From positions 55,924,001 to 55,988,000 of the forward strand of contig NW_024704742.1 in the NCBI RefSeq assembly GCF_018977255.1: DNA of 64,000 bases. The letters are read 5' to 3'. The notes beneath the pieces are model-generated. The model was given only the letters and a program-made list of their open reading frames with translations. It was not told the DNA's origin and did not search any database. Origin of the DNA: Callorhinchus milii. Its lineage: Eukaryota. The translations under genes were made by a program, and so were the position numbers. Below are positions 45,179 to 59,064 of this stretch, one piece after another (within the stretch, counting starts at the first letter, position 1; every line of letters begins with the position of its first letter).

Positions 45179-46874
45179 ATTCCATTTGTATCACACAGAA
45201 ACACAATTCTGCTGACCATGTTTTGAAAGTTATTTTGCATTTTATTCAGATCAGCCTTCACAAGCTCTCTTGACAATTCACTGTACACTCAGCTGTCTGT
45301 AGCTATAAGTTACCTTGCACACCATGCATATTTGGACACCTGCCTTCTCAGACATGTGGTTTGAAGTAAATGCAAAATGATACGGGGTTGTAAAATAGCA
45401 GAGCACTGTCACAGGCAAAACAAAGACATTGCACTTGTGAAAAAGTTTTTTGTATTAATGTTTGTAGGTGTGAAATGGAATATGTTCTTGCAGCATGTCA
45501 TTGAAATTTATTGAGTCAAATAGTAAACTGATTTATGTGGTAACAGCCTAAAGAACAATGAGCCATTAACAGTAGGTTAACAACACAAATCGTTATTAAC
45601 AGTGTTTGCTCACAGCAACTGTAATGGGAGTACTTTAGGAAAAAGAATCTCATTTCAAGTGAGCATTATGATCCCAGTCATGATCTGTGCTTTCGTTTCC
45701 ATAGCCATTTTCTGGGATTTTAAAAAAGAACACATATCTAATTCTGTGGTTGTTGGGAGAAGAATTCAAAGGTCCGACAGTTTTCAACGATTACAATAAT
45801 TTTCTGAATGTCATAATAAATCTTCACGGGGCACAATTGTGGGGCAGTTTGAATGATAAACATAATGTAAAGCATTGTGGTTAAAAGAGCCTCCATTTTA
45901 CATCAACCAACCCTGTCTGCAGGAGGTTGAGCAGAGCATCCCAATCCATTTACATTGAGTTGCAACCTGTGCAAGTTAAATAACCGAGAATCAAAATTCT
46001 TTACCGCACAAAAGATCCTTTGTTTTACGAAATAATTCAAAGATATTGTTTACCACTTGTTTTGTCACTAAGATTTCAATAAAGTATAATTATAGACCTA
46101 GATTTATTTTTACTGCAGCTGCACCATATCCTTTATTACCAATGGGGTTTTAGTATTTCATAGAAACAGAAGAATATACATAACTGAAAAGATTATTGCA
46201 GACTACCTCGCAATCCCAAAGCAAAAATAAGTGATGCTCCACTATTTCTCTTACTCCTCAAAAGATTTATTTCTTAAATAGTTACCCAATTTCCTTTTGA
46301 ATTTGCTGTCTCAAAGGTGCCACTGTCTCCAAGGAAAGTGTATTCCTGATATTTACTGTGCAAAGTAACTATTAAAGTAGTTAATAATAATTATAAATTG
46401 TGACAATTATGGCAGCCAATTTGCATACAGAAATGTCCCACATATGGCCATGAAATGGATGACCCAATTTTATTTGGGAGAATTGTTGAGCATTATAGCA
46501 GGAATGTGAATATTTTTTCTGCTGCGTAAGATATCTGACAATAGAATTGTAAAAAACAGTACATAGTACATTTTATCCTTTCAGATCCGGGTTGTTCCTG
46601 GGGGAACATTTTGAGTTTTACAGCAGTAGTGGTCAGAGCAACTTGAGGGTCACATTGCACAAGAGCACACTGGCACAACATTAAAGAGCCCAGAATGCAA
46701 ATAAGCCTACTGACATTTTTGATATAGCCACCACATTGTAGCTCTGTCCTCTTGTTTACCATTATAGATGAGAAAGTGTGCAATGTTGACCAATAGAAAT
46801 CGTTGACTAGCCACTAGGCTGCAAAGACACCATTTTAGCAACATGCGCTAATTTTAGTAGAAAACCTACCTACT

Positions 46875-47225
46875 ATCCCCCTACTTACCTGCCCGTACCC
46901 TCCGTTCCTCTGGCTCCGGCCTGCTCCACATCACCCGCCCCAACCGCCCTACCTTCAGCCTCTCAGCCCCGAGGCTCTGGAACTCTATCCCCCAGTGCCT
47001 TCGCCGCCTCCTCCCTTTCCTCCTTCAAGGCCGGTCTCAAGACCTTTCTCTTCGACCGTGCCTTCAGCTCCCCTCTCGACTCTCTACCCCCTCCTCGCTC
47101 CCTCCCTTCCCTCCCTCCCCTCACCATTTCCCCCCTGCTCGGGTCCCGACCCAACTGTCCAGCGCCTTGGGACGTCCTCCCTATGTGAAAGGCGCTCGAT
47201 AAATGAAATCTTGTTGTTGTTGTTG
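46875..47225 (+). mobile_element. L2 LINE 3' fragment (type A)
   Basis: CTCTGGAACTCTATCCC...CTTCAAGGCCGGTCTCAAGACC...CAGCGCCTTGGGACGTCCTCCC...(TTG)n; similar to 23040-23372. Confidence 0.88.
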
Positions 47226-50224
47226 ACCTGCCAGAGCTGCCCTTGGTATCTAGCCAAAATGGGTTTGGATGTTGCTTGCCCTTTGCCGGGACGGGCCCTG
47301 TTGGAGCTGCTTGTTATTGGTTTGCTTGCTCTGCTGGCCTGGAGCGGTTATTCCAATTGGCCCAACTGACCACGATTGACAGCTCCCATCTCCAAACAAT
47401 TTTGCTGGTGTTGCAATGGTGCTGAAATCTGATGTTTTCACCCATGTTACATGCTATTTTAGCAGATGACGGATAAGCAGTGACCTGGGGAATCCACATA
47501 TTGATTCCCAATTCATCACATGTGGCTGGCTCATGGCTAACAGGAGACATCTGGAATAGTGTATAAAGTACTTAGTACTGTATGTATTTGCAACCCGAAG
47601 CTGTAACATTACAGTAGGATCAGTTGGTTTAACAAAATGGTGGATTAAATTGTAGCATTGGTAAAAGGATCTGAAATATTTTTTGCATGTTGATTAACTT
47701 TCTGTTTGATTTGAACATAAGGGCATCTTTGTACGAGGAACACAGTGCTTTACTGCTTCTTATAGGAATGTAGGAAAAAACATGCTCAATAGCACAGAAA
47801 ACAATACACAATGTAGACTGGATCGTGAAATCTTAGGGTTCTCAGTGCGCAGTACTTATTATTAAGGTGGTTTTCTTTTGTTTAACTTAACAGTCGAGAA
47901 TCACAAGGAAAAGGAATTCAATCCATAGATGGTAATGCAATTGCTTAGTGGCTTCTTCAGTGTGGAATGTTTCTGGTACGTGCTTATGGTGGGCTCGTGA
48001 ATTGGAACTTATGAGGTTCTGCATTCTGTTTGTTTCCGTGGGAAAGCAGGCACATTGACTGAAGATCTACCCTTCACGGTGGAATTTGTTTTGCTTGTGT
48101 TTTATTTATTTTTACATTTTCTCCAATAGAATTTACAGAAAGTCCAGATTCCTGTGGAGCGGTCTTTTTTGTTTTAATTATTATTATTACATGGATCTCT
48201 GCTGCTCATGATAATAAATTGAAAGAATAGTAGCATCTAATTTAGTATGTTGTCAACAGCTTGTCATGGACATACTTTGGAGTCAATCCAGGCAGCAGGA
48301 GCTTTGCTGCTTGTGAACTATCAAAGAAGATGTAACAGTTCAGCCGCAGAACACAGTAACTGTAATCAGTGATATATGAAAGCAAATATTTCCAAGTTTG
48401 TAATTAAGATATAATTATAGACAAAAATAAAATAACAGCACGGTTTAAAAATTGCTCTCAAGAGGTGACAATCTGCCATTTAATAAGTCCCTTATGGGAG
48501 GATGAGTATGCTCAAATCGTCCTCCAGTTCAAACCATCTGTTTGCTTCTCAATTTTGTCCCAATCTGTTCTGATTCTACCGGTTGGTTTATGGGTAGAAT
48601 GTCAATCGTGGTGACCCCTTTATTATTGGTGTTAAGGCTTAAGTATTGTCAGGTTATAATTATCGAACACGTGTTTGTTATTTTCAAAATCTCAGTTAAA
48701 TTGCTTTCTTTTGCAATCACAATGATGCCTTCTCACATTTATTTGGCCAGTTAGACGACAATAGGTTTTATAATACAACTGATGTGAAAGCAAATTTTAC
48801 AAACTTTCATAAAATCCATAAACTTTAAATTAAAGTTCATAATCTTCTAAGGTACAATTAACTGTGTTTACATACATGTTTAGTGTTAACAAATGTTTAG
48901 TGTTAGTGTTAACAGTCCTACCGGCAAGATTAAAAATTGACCTGGCGTTCTAATCCTGGTTAATAGAGTACTGCCTGTCCAATAAAATGTTCACATTCAA
49001 TGCTCCCTGTTTGCTGATTTAGAACCTAATAGAACACTGATATGTCTTGTAGATCAATTTCCTGTGTGGTAATAATTAAACATTTTGTTTTTCACCTTGA
49101 AGTGATTTTCTTTCCCCTAATTTTGTCCAATAGGGATAATCATTTAATAAATACTTGCGTTGTTCATTTTCTTCCATGAATATGTCAGCTTCGCATCCAA
49201 GTTGACCCAGTAGCAAAATATCACTAGAACAGGTAACCATTTTTAGCACAGAATTACCACGCCCATGCTTCCCCTCCTCCAGTTGCTTCATCTTTTGAAT
49301 GGTGAGGTATATGACTCAGGCTGTTTTATGGGTCGCAGCTTGCTTTGGTGACAAGAGAATTGCCCCCTGGGCCAGCTCTCTGAAGGAGCAAGCTGTGAAA
49401 TTACCACGTGTGGTCAGAGGATTACTCTGGACCGTAAATAGAAAGCCTTCTTTACTCTTGCGGAACAAGCTTTGTACGAGGAGCACTTGTTAGCCTCATT
49501 TAGGCAGTGGCTGAATACTGCAAATTAAATCCTGGTTGTGTGCGTTGTGATTGAAGACCATTTAGATTGGGCCCAGTCTCAAGCAACCTTTTATCTTTAT
49601 CTTTGTCTTTGAAGATGGGGCTGAAATGTTATGATTTAGTTAACACTTTGATCATTGGTAACTATCAGTAACTAGTGACAAGTCTTGAGGTTCTGTTTTA
49701 GCTGGCCTTTCACAGTTTGAGTGGTATAGTTTTTATCTATGCTGGTAAAATGACCACTTTTCTTTTGCATCACCTGCCACATTCTTCACACTGCCTGTAG
49801 ACGGTGTAGCCACTTGACCTTCTTTTCCCAAAACTACTGCCATCCTGCTGTTGGGTGGGATGTGGTGGCCAAAGTTTGGATTCTTTTGTCTCACACTATG
49901 CACATCAGAAGCTGCCCGGCTGACTCTCATTCACACATATCATTGCAGTTGCTGTGCAACTAAACCTTGGAAAATCAGCAGTCCACAGTTGTATTTGTTC
50001 ACTGTAAGTCTAACAATACTGTATCAGCTCATTGAAATGTGTGAGAAAATTACCAACGCTGGTGTTTTGCCATTGGTTGCTGTTCTTTCGTAATGATTAT
50101 CAAATTCTATATTTGCTCAATGTATTAATAGTGCAGTAAAGGGCGGCCTTCGCTTTGTTACTAAACATAAAAATTATTAGATTATTAGGTGCCATCCTGT
50201 CTTATTTGGTAGCACCCTTGTTTA

Positions 50225-50585
50225 AACCCCATGTCAGGATTTTGAACTCAATCTGAGTTGATACTTCAATTTGTTTTTAGCAGGAGTGCTACATTTTTGG
50301 AGGTGCTGTCCTTTGGATTAAATTTTAAATTGAAGTGACATCTGTATCTGAGTAAATCCACCTGAACAGAGAAGGGAATTTCTCCCAGTATGCTGGACAA
50401 CAATCCCCCAGATAAAATCAGTCATTCACTTCATGACTGTTTGTGACAGTTTGCTGTACGCAAATTGGCTGCTGTGTTTGCCTACAAAGTAAAGTCACTA
50501 CATTTTACAGTAAATCCAGTGAAGTGCTTTAGGAAGTCCTCCATATGTGAAAGGCACTGTATTAAATGTAAGAATGATTATTAGT
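50225..50585 (+). mobile_element. Degenerate Deu-domain SINE
   Basis: GGAGTGCTACATT...GGAGGTGCTGTCCTTTGGAT...TTCTCCCAGTATGCTGGACAACAATCCC...GCAAATTGGCTGCTG...GTGAAAGGCACT. Confidence 0.7.
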
Positions 50586-52184
50586 AGTATATCTATCCTT
50601 AATCCACAGCTTTCCCAAATAGTTTCAGTCCACCTACAGGTTTTGTGCATTTTGTGCAAGTGGGGGTTGCATTAATAATATCCAAGTTTAGGGTACAGAC
50701 CAGAATTCTCTAGTCCCATTTATTTAAGGATTATATTTTATCTATTTTAAGTGCAAGCATTTTGTATTTTTGTTTGCCTTTTTGTGCGTGACCCTAGTTG
50801 GTTACAAGTGAGTAAACAATTATTGGAAGGCATTCCAAAAGTTGATTAAATTATTTATAGTTATATTAAACCAGAAAAAAAGACTTGCAAAAATTGTCAT
50901 GCTGTGGTAGTGATTTCAAAAATGCTTTCAAGTACATTATTGGAAGGAAAATATTATTTTTATTATGCCTCCTAATTTCCTGAAGGTGCTGACTTATGTT
51001 GGAGTATTGTTCCAAAAGTGCCTGCTGCCCCTCTGGTACTTTGCCCAAGTAGCCTTACTGATTCTGCGAACCGAAACTGTGAGACTGTTTAACTGTGGGG
51101 TGCATCTCAGCCAAGCCTGATCTTATTCTCTTCCGACAGTTACACATGCACACTTTCCAGTGGTGGAGGTGTGTATGTGTGTGTGGGTGGGTGGAACTGG
51201 TGAGTGTCAGGGTCTCCACAACAACAACAACAACAACAAAATTACATTTTCATACATATATTTGTGATGATAAGCCATGGGAATCCTGGTTTGTTAAAAC
51301 TTGTTTTTTAACACAGATATTTCAAGGCCTCAACAAACAAAATCAATTGGAATTTGTTAAATACGTACCTGTTAAATATTGATCAGTAACAGCAAGATGC
51401 ATTCTGCGTTACTGCTCTTTCTGACTGCTAGCACTGAACCTTGTGTCTTTTATGTATGTTCTGTGAATGGGCATTGTTTGCTGCTTTTACTCCCTCCCTA
51501 GTGAAATATGGGACTGTGTTGCCTTTCTCTTTCTCGCCCCCGCCAATCTATGCCCTCAATACCAGCAAGTAAACGTGGCAAGCAGGGATGCGTTAGGGGA
51601 ACATACTTGCATGAACACACAATTCACATAGCAGCCAGAAGAAGCAGTACTGTAGCATACAAAATAAAATACCAACCTGTACCAGGAAACTTTAACTATT
51701 GCCGACTTCCAGATTATTTGAGCAAGTATGTATTTCTTGATAGTATGTTGCCATGTCAAAATGTCTCAAAATGCTTCCTAGGTAATCGCTGATTATTTAT
51801 GTTGGTAAAAATTGTGCTGCTATTTCCACCAGCAAGTTCCTACAAACAGCTACAAGTGAATATTCAGTTAATCTGGAGGTATTTTGGTTTTGAATAGTTT
51901 ATTCAACATGCAGATTCAATCTCAGTTTAACATTTTATCTGAAAGGTGATATGTTTGACAATACAGAGCTCCTCTTACTGCAGTGTGAGCTGGAGCCTTG
52001 TATCAATTTCGGAATTGAGTTTATCCTCTGTGGCCATCTCAGTAATCTGGTTCTTGAGCCAGATGGGTCCATAGTACTCCATAGTACTCCATACTCCAAG
52101 GCACCGTTTATGACAATCCAGCCAGGCTTGCTTTTCAGCAGACTTGGAAGTTCAAACCATTCACTTGGGCATTTTTCTTTCTGG

Positions 52185-52455
52185 CTCCTATTACCCAGCA
52201 AAGCCAAAGTATTGAGAGATAGGGTGGTCCTAGATTGCCAAGCAGCAGAAACCTTGCTGGACTATCCTGTAAATAGAAATCTATACAGGTTTAGCTGGTT
52301 AAATGCAGTTTGGGGCCGCTGAGCTTTGGCTATTGCTACCCTGTGCCTAATACCTTCAGGGTACGTCCCTCAAAGGAGAGATTGCACATTCCATTCCAGA
52401 CACAGAGAGATTTCCATGGTTAGGTAACATGCACATGTGGAACTCTCAATCTGCC
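52185..52455 (-). mobile_element. Old repeat family A copy
   Basis: The reverse complement aligns with 6140-6430 (GAGAGTT.CACAT, CCATGGAAAT, GAAGGTATTAGGCACAGG, AACCAGCTAAA, CTAGGACCACCCTAT). Confidence 0.7.
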
Positions 52456-53354
52456 TTCGAACACTCTTCATCATGGTGTGTTTCTGCACATGTCAGATAC
52501 TCGAGAACCAAACAAATTCAGACGCAGAGACAAAAGTGCTAAGATCCGAGCTACACTTACACACCACTTAAAGTTACTCTTTTGTTTTTTTTCATTGCAT
52601 TTTAAATTTTTTGTAGTTTTTTTTAAAAACTTTCAGTAATATCTCTGCTGAATTGAAAAATCAGGTTAGCTAAACTGATAGCAGGAAAGGCGGGACACTA
52701 ATAGTCTTGTTCATATTTGGCTGCAGGGTCCCTTGCATCTCGCGTGCTGCCAAGAAAATTATTGATAGCACTGAAGGTCAGACCTCACTCGCACGTTTCT
52801 TTCATTAATCGCTCAAGCCAAGAGTGTGGTTTCTCTCCATTGATGAACACTGCCCCATGACCATGAATCGAATGAACCTTGTTTGAAAGATGTTGCCTCA
52901 GAAACACAGAGAGGCATTTGCAGTGGGTTAGAGTTGAATGTGGAATGAAACAATGTGGAGCACACTTCCTCTGTTTGAATTTGCTGCTTTCTTAGGCTAT
53001 TAATTCCTTGATGTCTCAAGGGCAGTGCTCCATAGCAAGGCTTTAACAAATGCGAGAAGATGCTCATTTGCAATTCTTTTAAACATTTGATACTGATTAG
53101 CATTGTAGGATGGTCATATGATTTGGGCTGAGCTAAGCTGTATTTAACTCGCAGTCTATTTGAGAACTGGTTCAGTTGGAACCAATACTTAAATAGCTTG
53201 TGGCTGCTAATGCTTGCCATACACCCAGTTTATTTGTATCGGTTTTATATCAGTAAAGTCTGCACCTGAGTTCAGAATTGTTTTTGAATAATCCGGTCTG
53301 CTGTTTCTTCTTTCCCACTGAAATAAGTAAAAATAGAAAGCGATTGACGCATTT

Positions 53355-53689
53355 ATAATAATAATAATCCTTGCATTTGATATAATGCTTTTCACATCTT
53401 CTAGACGTCCCAAAGCGCTTCACAGAATATACTGTAAAGTGAATTGACTATATTTGTGGCCGAACGCGGCAGCCAATTGCGCACAGCAATGTCCAACAAA
53501 CAGTCGCAGATTGAAAATGACCAATTTATTATTGTTTTTGGTTTTGGAGGGATTATTATTAGGCGTGTGGAGTAAGGAAACTTGCCCAAGGTTTCGCCCT
53601 GCCTGGAAGTGAACTCAGGTCTCTCACTTGCAAAGCGTGTGCTCTAACCACTGAGCTACAGGACTCCCAACACTGAGCTACAGGACTCC
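53355..53689 (-). mobile_element. Full-length young SINE (short subfamily) with a duplicated 5' end
   Basis: Matches 35046-35370; CACTGAGCTACAGGACTCC occurs twice (53649-53667, 53671-53689). Confidence 0.93.
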
Positions 53690-54749
53690 AGTGCATTTCT
53701 TGCCCTGTTCTGTTGAAGATGCTGTGATTCTTTGATTGGATTTTCTAAGTTTTTTTTCAAATACAAATTGCAGGGCAATTTGTTTGCCTTGAATGAAAAG
53801 CTTAATATTCTCATCCTTAATCCATCATGATCTATCAAATTCTTTCCTTATCTCATTCTCACTTAAAATTGATAGACTTGCAATGAAAACAGATGAAAGG
53901 TCATGATAATGGATTGAAGCAATCCTGCTTAAGCAGAGGGATGCATTATTTCGGTTACCACACGCATAAACATAATCAAAATAAACATAAACTTTTTTAC
54001 AGCTTGTTAAAAGGTTTCAAAATATATATATATATATAAACAATACAAAACACAATACAAAATATAGTGTCTTTCACATCAGAGGATGTCCCAAGGCACT
54101 GGGATTTTGTACTATATATGTTATATATTTGCTCCGCATACAGTTTTGTATCTATTGAGTTGGATGATTAGGATAACATTTATGATTGAACCTATCTCCT
54201 TGGAAAAAAACAATTCAAAACAGCAATACTCGAACTTCAATACAGTCGCTGTATAGCACCAGCAGGTAAAACTTGGGAATGTTACACAGCCAGTATTTGA
54301 ACTTCAAGGCTTCATTACCATGGACCAGTGGAGCATCATAGTTCCATTTACAATGACCAACATTGGGGAATTCCACAGTAGGATGGGATTTTTCAGCTTT
54401 GGAGTCTTGCAGAATGAACAGAGCCTCTGTGGTCTTGGAGGATCATTCAACCAGAGGAAGTATTGCCCCAGGAACCCTTGCAAATTAATCGTTCCATGTG
54501 ACTGACACTTGGGAGATAAATAAATGGAACATGAAGCCAGTCTTTTTTTTCAAATCATAATTGACACTTTTGAGTAATATCTTGCGATAATATCCAACTC
54601 ATGAGCCATGTTCCTGAAATGAAACAGGCCTTCTGCTTTGTCACAGCTTAGGCACAGTGCTTCTCAGAGTTCTGTTTTAAAGGCGCAGGATCATCATTTT
54701 GGTTTACAATTCTTAAATTCATCTGTTCAGACATCAGACTATCAGTGGA

Positions 54750-55200
54750 GCCCAACTTGTATGTTTTTTTTCCCATAGGTGGATTCCGACCACCTGCTGG
54801 TAGTATTTGAAGTGTCTGTCAGTCTAATTGCTATTTTTTGAGAAAATGGCGGAGGCCTTCTACAAAGTCGAGATTCTTTTCTCAGATCTAGCAGAAAGCA
54901 ATTTAAGAGAGGACACAACTTCTTGCACATAGTTGCGATGCCCAGGATACAAGGAATCTGACTGTGCCTTTAAAGACACCCAAAATCAACATCCCAGTCT
55001 ACAATAAGGGGAAGGACTAACTTTTATTCAGTGTGGTGATGGTATGCGATCATCGAAGAAAGGTCACCAATGTGAACCTTAGGTATTTTGTAGGTTCACA
55101 AAACACACTGATGGTTGGTTTGTACTATGCCCAAAATTGTATGAAGACACTGCCCGAAAAGAGGCAGTGTCAACAGAGAGTTCTTGTCAAACCACCGTAA
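54750..55200 (+). mobile_element. Fossil PIF/Harbinger-type DDE transposase fragment
   Basis: Disrupted translation FFPIGGF...SVCQS...AEAFYK; NFLHIVAMPRIQGI / DC / VPLKTPKINIPVYNKGKD*LLFSVVMVCDHRRKVTNVNLRYFVGS, in register with the Harbinger/HARBI1 motif GMPxxxGxxDCxHVxIKAP...YxNRKGxHSxNxxxVCD...V...PGS. Confidence 0.72.
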
Positions 55201-55299
55201 CCTTTACCTTAAAGTATTCTAACTTCAGTTGTGTGCTGATGTCTAACCACTGCATAGAGATAAAGAGTCGGAACCTCGGATTTTCCCCTCTCTAACATA

Positions 55300-55475
55300 A
55301 GAAATAAACTTACCTTTGATGCAACATTTTTCACATTAGGAGGACTTCTCAACTGGCTTCACAGGATTTACTGTGAAGCACAGTGACTGTATTTTGTGAG
55401 CAAATGCAGCAGCTAATGTACTCGCTCAGTAATGTCCTACAAACAGCCATGAAGTAAATGGCCAATTTTATCTAA
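55300..55475 (-). mobile_element. Degenerate SINE 3' fragment
   Basis: TTTTCACATTAGGAGGAC...GCTTCACAGGATTTACTG...CAAACAGCCATGAAGT. Confidence 0.6.
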
Positions 55476-57404
55476 AGGGCCACTTAAAAGCAATGAGGTT
55501 CAGCTAAGTCCCGAGTAAATCAGTAGAGATCAGCATTCAAATCTACGACCCTCTAGTTTGTGTGGCCAAATGGCTCAATGCCTTTACCTACCAGGGAATT
55601 GAAAGAAGCATTGTTTCCATCTTTTTCATCACATATTGAATTCAGTATTAAAATTGAAATTGTACACAATATGAGACTTACTGAAGCGCAACAACACCGA
55701 GAGAAGCTTTGAAGTTCCTTTATATATGTGCTTACAGTAATGTGCGATTGTAAAAATAAAGTTTAGGTATGGAGTCTGCTGAAATAAGAAGACATAGTCT
55801 TTCAATATTTATGTCTGAAAAATGGATTGTCAAACTGGAGCTGTTGAAATAACTTCAAATGAGTGACAATGGATTCTGTCTGGGTTTGTACTAAAAGAGT
55901 TGCTGGACTGGAAATAATTGGTGGAATTTGCCCGCAGTCCCATTGGGCATCTTTGATTGCACCATTCTGTTCATTCATATGGTTTTATTCTTGTGGTGCC
56001 TGGCTTAACAATTGTTCTACTTCTGACCTAAATACCAGACATGGGACTTTCAGTTTATTTATGTGCCTCTGGCATTCACAGTGGGGTTGAGTAGTCTCCA
56101 TGTTTCAGACACGTATGTGGACCATTTTTTCAGAACAAAAATAATTTAAAAGTTTCAACACTTTTGTCTGAAATCCAAACAGGTTGTGATTCCATAAGAT
56201 TTGTTACTTTCTGATGTTTACTTTGACAAGAGAGTTTATAAAACTTTTTTTAAAATTCCTTTGTACATTGTAACATTGCCATAAAGTTGCATGATGAAAG
56301 CATTGAAGACTTCAAAGGACTGGTAGAGACACGACTGTTCTATAGTTTTTTCTGAAAAAAACTTACAGCGTGACAGTAGGTCAAGCTTACTGAGACCATT
56401 CTAAAAAATACTTAAGGAATATTTAAGGAGAATTTGTTGATTTAAAATTATTGTTTGGGGTTAATTGTATGATTCAGTGTATTTTGGCTGGGCAGTGTTC
56501 TTACATTGGGGGTGTTTTGCAGTCGTCGTTTTAATCTTGCATGGAATATTTGGCTTTAGCCTGTAAAATGGCATTTGAATCAATTATTATGTTGCCTGCA
56601 TGGAGTTCTTGTTTATTTAGCTTGTTAAAAGAAGAATCCACATGCTCTTTTTCTTAAAAAAAGCTTGCATAATTTAATACACAGAGCACTCATTTGCTAT
56701 CTCATAGTACAACCTCATTTTGAGAATTTAACCTGTATGATAAAAGCAAGCTTCAAAGTGCATGGTTTGTACTCCCGAGAGATAAGCCGTCACTTCTGTA
56801 CAGAGATTAGTTTTTGTCTTTTGCCAGCCAACTGGATACCACTCTGGATGATACTGGATGCTCGTGGCAGGCTGCAGTTATGTAGAAATAAAGGTGGTGG
56901 TTCTTCTATCAAACCAGAGAGGGTTGCGGAGGGGGGAGACTGTACAAGGCTTCTGCAATGTGCATAATTGTGGGCTGAGAAAAGGGAGGCAGTGATAATT
57001 GGATTTATTTTTAAAAAAGCCCAGCTTCACTCCATAATTGCACATTCTGACAGGGTCCACTAACCTTCTGCCATGGCGAGAATTTCCCCAATAGACTTTA
57101 AATAATGTTAAAAGGAGATAGATTCCAATTCTTCAAAACCAGCATTGTGTTAGCTATGTGAAGGAGGAAAGGCTTATCATTGCAAGTGGAGACCATTATT
57201 ACCACGCGGCCTTAACATTTCTGGATCAACATCGTGCTTCATATATGAGTATCCTACTCCCAATACACTCTGTGCTCCACCTCAGTAGAGTTCATTGGTA
57301 AAATGACTTAATTAGCAACTTGAGTTATAAATTTCCCCTTAGCCACATCACACTGAAGGATGAGATCTCATCCCCAATGATATACTGGGTCAAGCAAGGC
57401 AGTG

Positions 57405-57752
57405 TGTTATAATAATAATCTTTGCATTTGATACTGCAGATCTCATTGTTACGTTTAGTGACTATTTATTGTGCAAATGCAGCAGGCAATTGCATACAGT
57501 AATGTCTAGTGGACAGCCATGAAGTGAATGGCCAATTTTGGCCAGAATACTTTCTGTTTTCAAATAGTGCCATGAGATCTTTGAACAGGCAGACAGGTCC
57601 TCAGTTTAATGTCTCATCTGAAGGATGACACTTTCAGCAATGCAGCACCTCTCCAGGACTGCATTGCAATATCAGCCAAAACTTTGAGGTCAAAGTCCCG
57701 ATGTGGAGCTTAATTTGGGCAAGAGAGCGTTACCAACTGAGCCAGACTGACA
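57405..57752 (-). mobile_element. Deu-domain SINE, near full length
   Basis: Tail ATAATCTTTGCATTTGATA; Deu core CAAATAGTGCCATGAGATCTTT...CAGGCAGACAGGTCCTCAGTTTAATGTCTCATCTGAAGGATG; head TACCAACTGAGCC. Confidence 0.8.
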
Positions 57753-58051
57753 TCAAATCCTAACTAGTGATACATTATGGTTTTATGTTGGAAATTGAAT
57801 GGCCCTGGGGCCTTCAAATTGTCATCATGCCACCCTGTTTGAACATGAAATTGTATTAGGCTTTACCATTTAAAATCTCCAGACCACAGGGTCTTTCAAA
57901 TCAGCACTGCATTATTTTTGTGGGCTCTGGAATTTTGCAGAGTGTGGAAGTCTTTTGAATGTGCTTATTCTGTTGAGACTGATGATTTATTCCAGCCCAA
58001 GGAATGTAGATACAAGAAGAGAGAACAATCATAGGATTTTTACTTTCTGTC

Positions 58052-58475
58052 ACACAAACAACAACAAAAATGACATTTGTATAGTGCCTTTCACGTCAGG
58101 AGGACGTCCCAAGGTGCTGGACAGACAATGTTTCGGACCCGAGCTGGTTTGAATTTTAGCGCTCAAGTGGCTCTTGCAAGTCTGCATTGTAACAGTAAAT
58201 ATATATGATGTATGTGATACGGAAATAGTAAATATAAATTGGTGCATGTGTACAGAATATCCCATATGAACTGATAATTTACTGGAACAACAACTTGCAT
58301 TTATATAGCGCCCTCCACACAGGATAGCGTCTTGGAGCGCTGCCCAGTGGTGTCGTTGGACAACGAGCAAGGGGGGAGATGATCGTAAACATAGTCGAAG
58401 AGGCAGATCTTGAGGTAGGATTAAAGGTAGATAAAGAGGGGTCGAGGAGGAAGAATTGAGGCAGCGATAGCCCAA
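58052..58475 (-). mobile_element. Two L2 3' fragments (type A 58052-58148; type B 58286-58475)
   Basis: GCCTTTCACGTCAGGAGGACGTCCCAAGG and CAACTTGCATTTATATAGCGCCCTCCAC, each preceded by (AAC)n. Confidence 0.8.
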
Positions 58476-59064
58476 GTACAGACATGGTAGTTTCAACATT
58501 AAAGAGGAAAAATAACATGATATGTGAGTTAAAAAATTACTGCATAGCAATAGCTTTGGCAAATTATGATATTCCCATATTTCTGAACAAACCATAAATA
58601 TCATGTTACTTCCTTAACTGTGCAACAATTGTTTGATTTAGTACCTAATACTGAAATAGGGGATAATGGATAACCAGCAGTGACATAGGTTGTAACTCCT
58701 CAAGAGCTGACATTTAGGATTTCTAAAGATGGACTGAGTTCTCACTTCCATATTCAGGTTCCAAGAGCCTAGGATTTCATTTAAAGGGTTCAGTAAAAAT
58801 AACTTAGAAATTAATCAGATTCAGATAATCATATTGACACAATTAAATCAGAAAAGCACAAAATTTCCTCATGGTTGTGCAAACCATTTTTCAAACCTCT
58901 TTTGCAGAATTGCAGCAAAGCAGCTTCTAAATTAATACTGATTTTGAAGACATTTCCAGAATATTATTTGAGTCTCATGTACTATAGGAGTTTTGATTGT
59001 AAGATTTGGTAGTAAATGTCAAGGAATAGCAGACTTCAGGTTATATTCATGTTGTTGGTCAGTC

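Noticed and set aside
48260-48400. Possible conserved enhancer (ATCAAAG TCF-like and AAGCAAATATT FOX-like motifs)
   Set aside because: Short motifs cannot be supported without cross-species alignment or chromatin data.
54320-54505. 61-aa ORF with exon-like composition
   Set aside because: No recognisable homology and no convincing splice-site pair.
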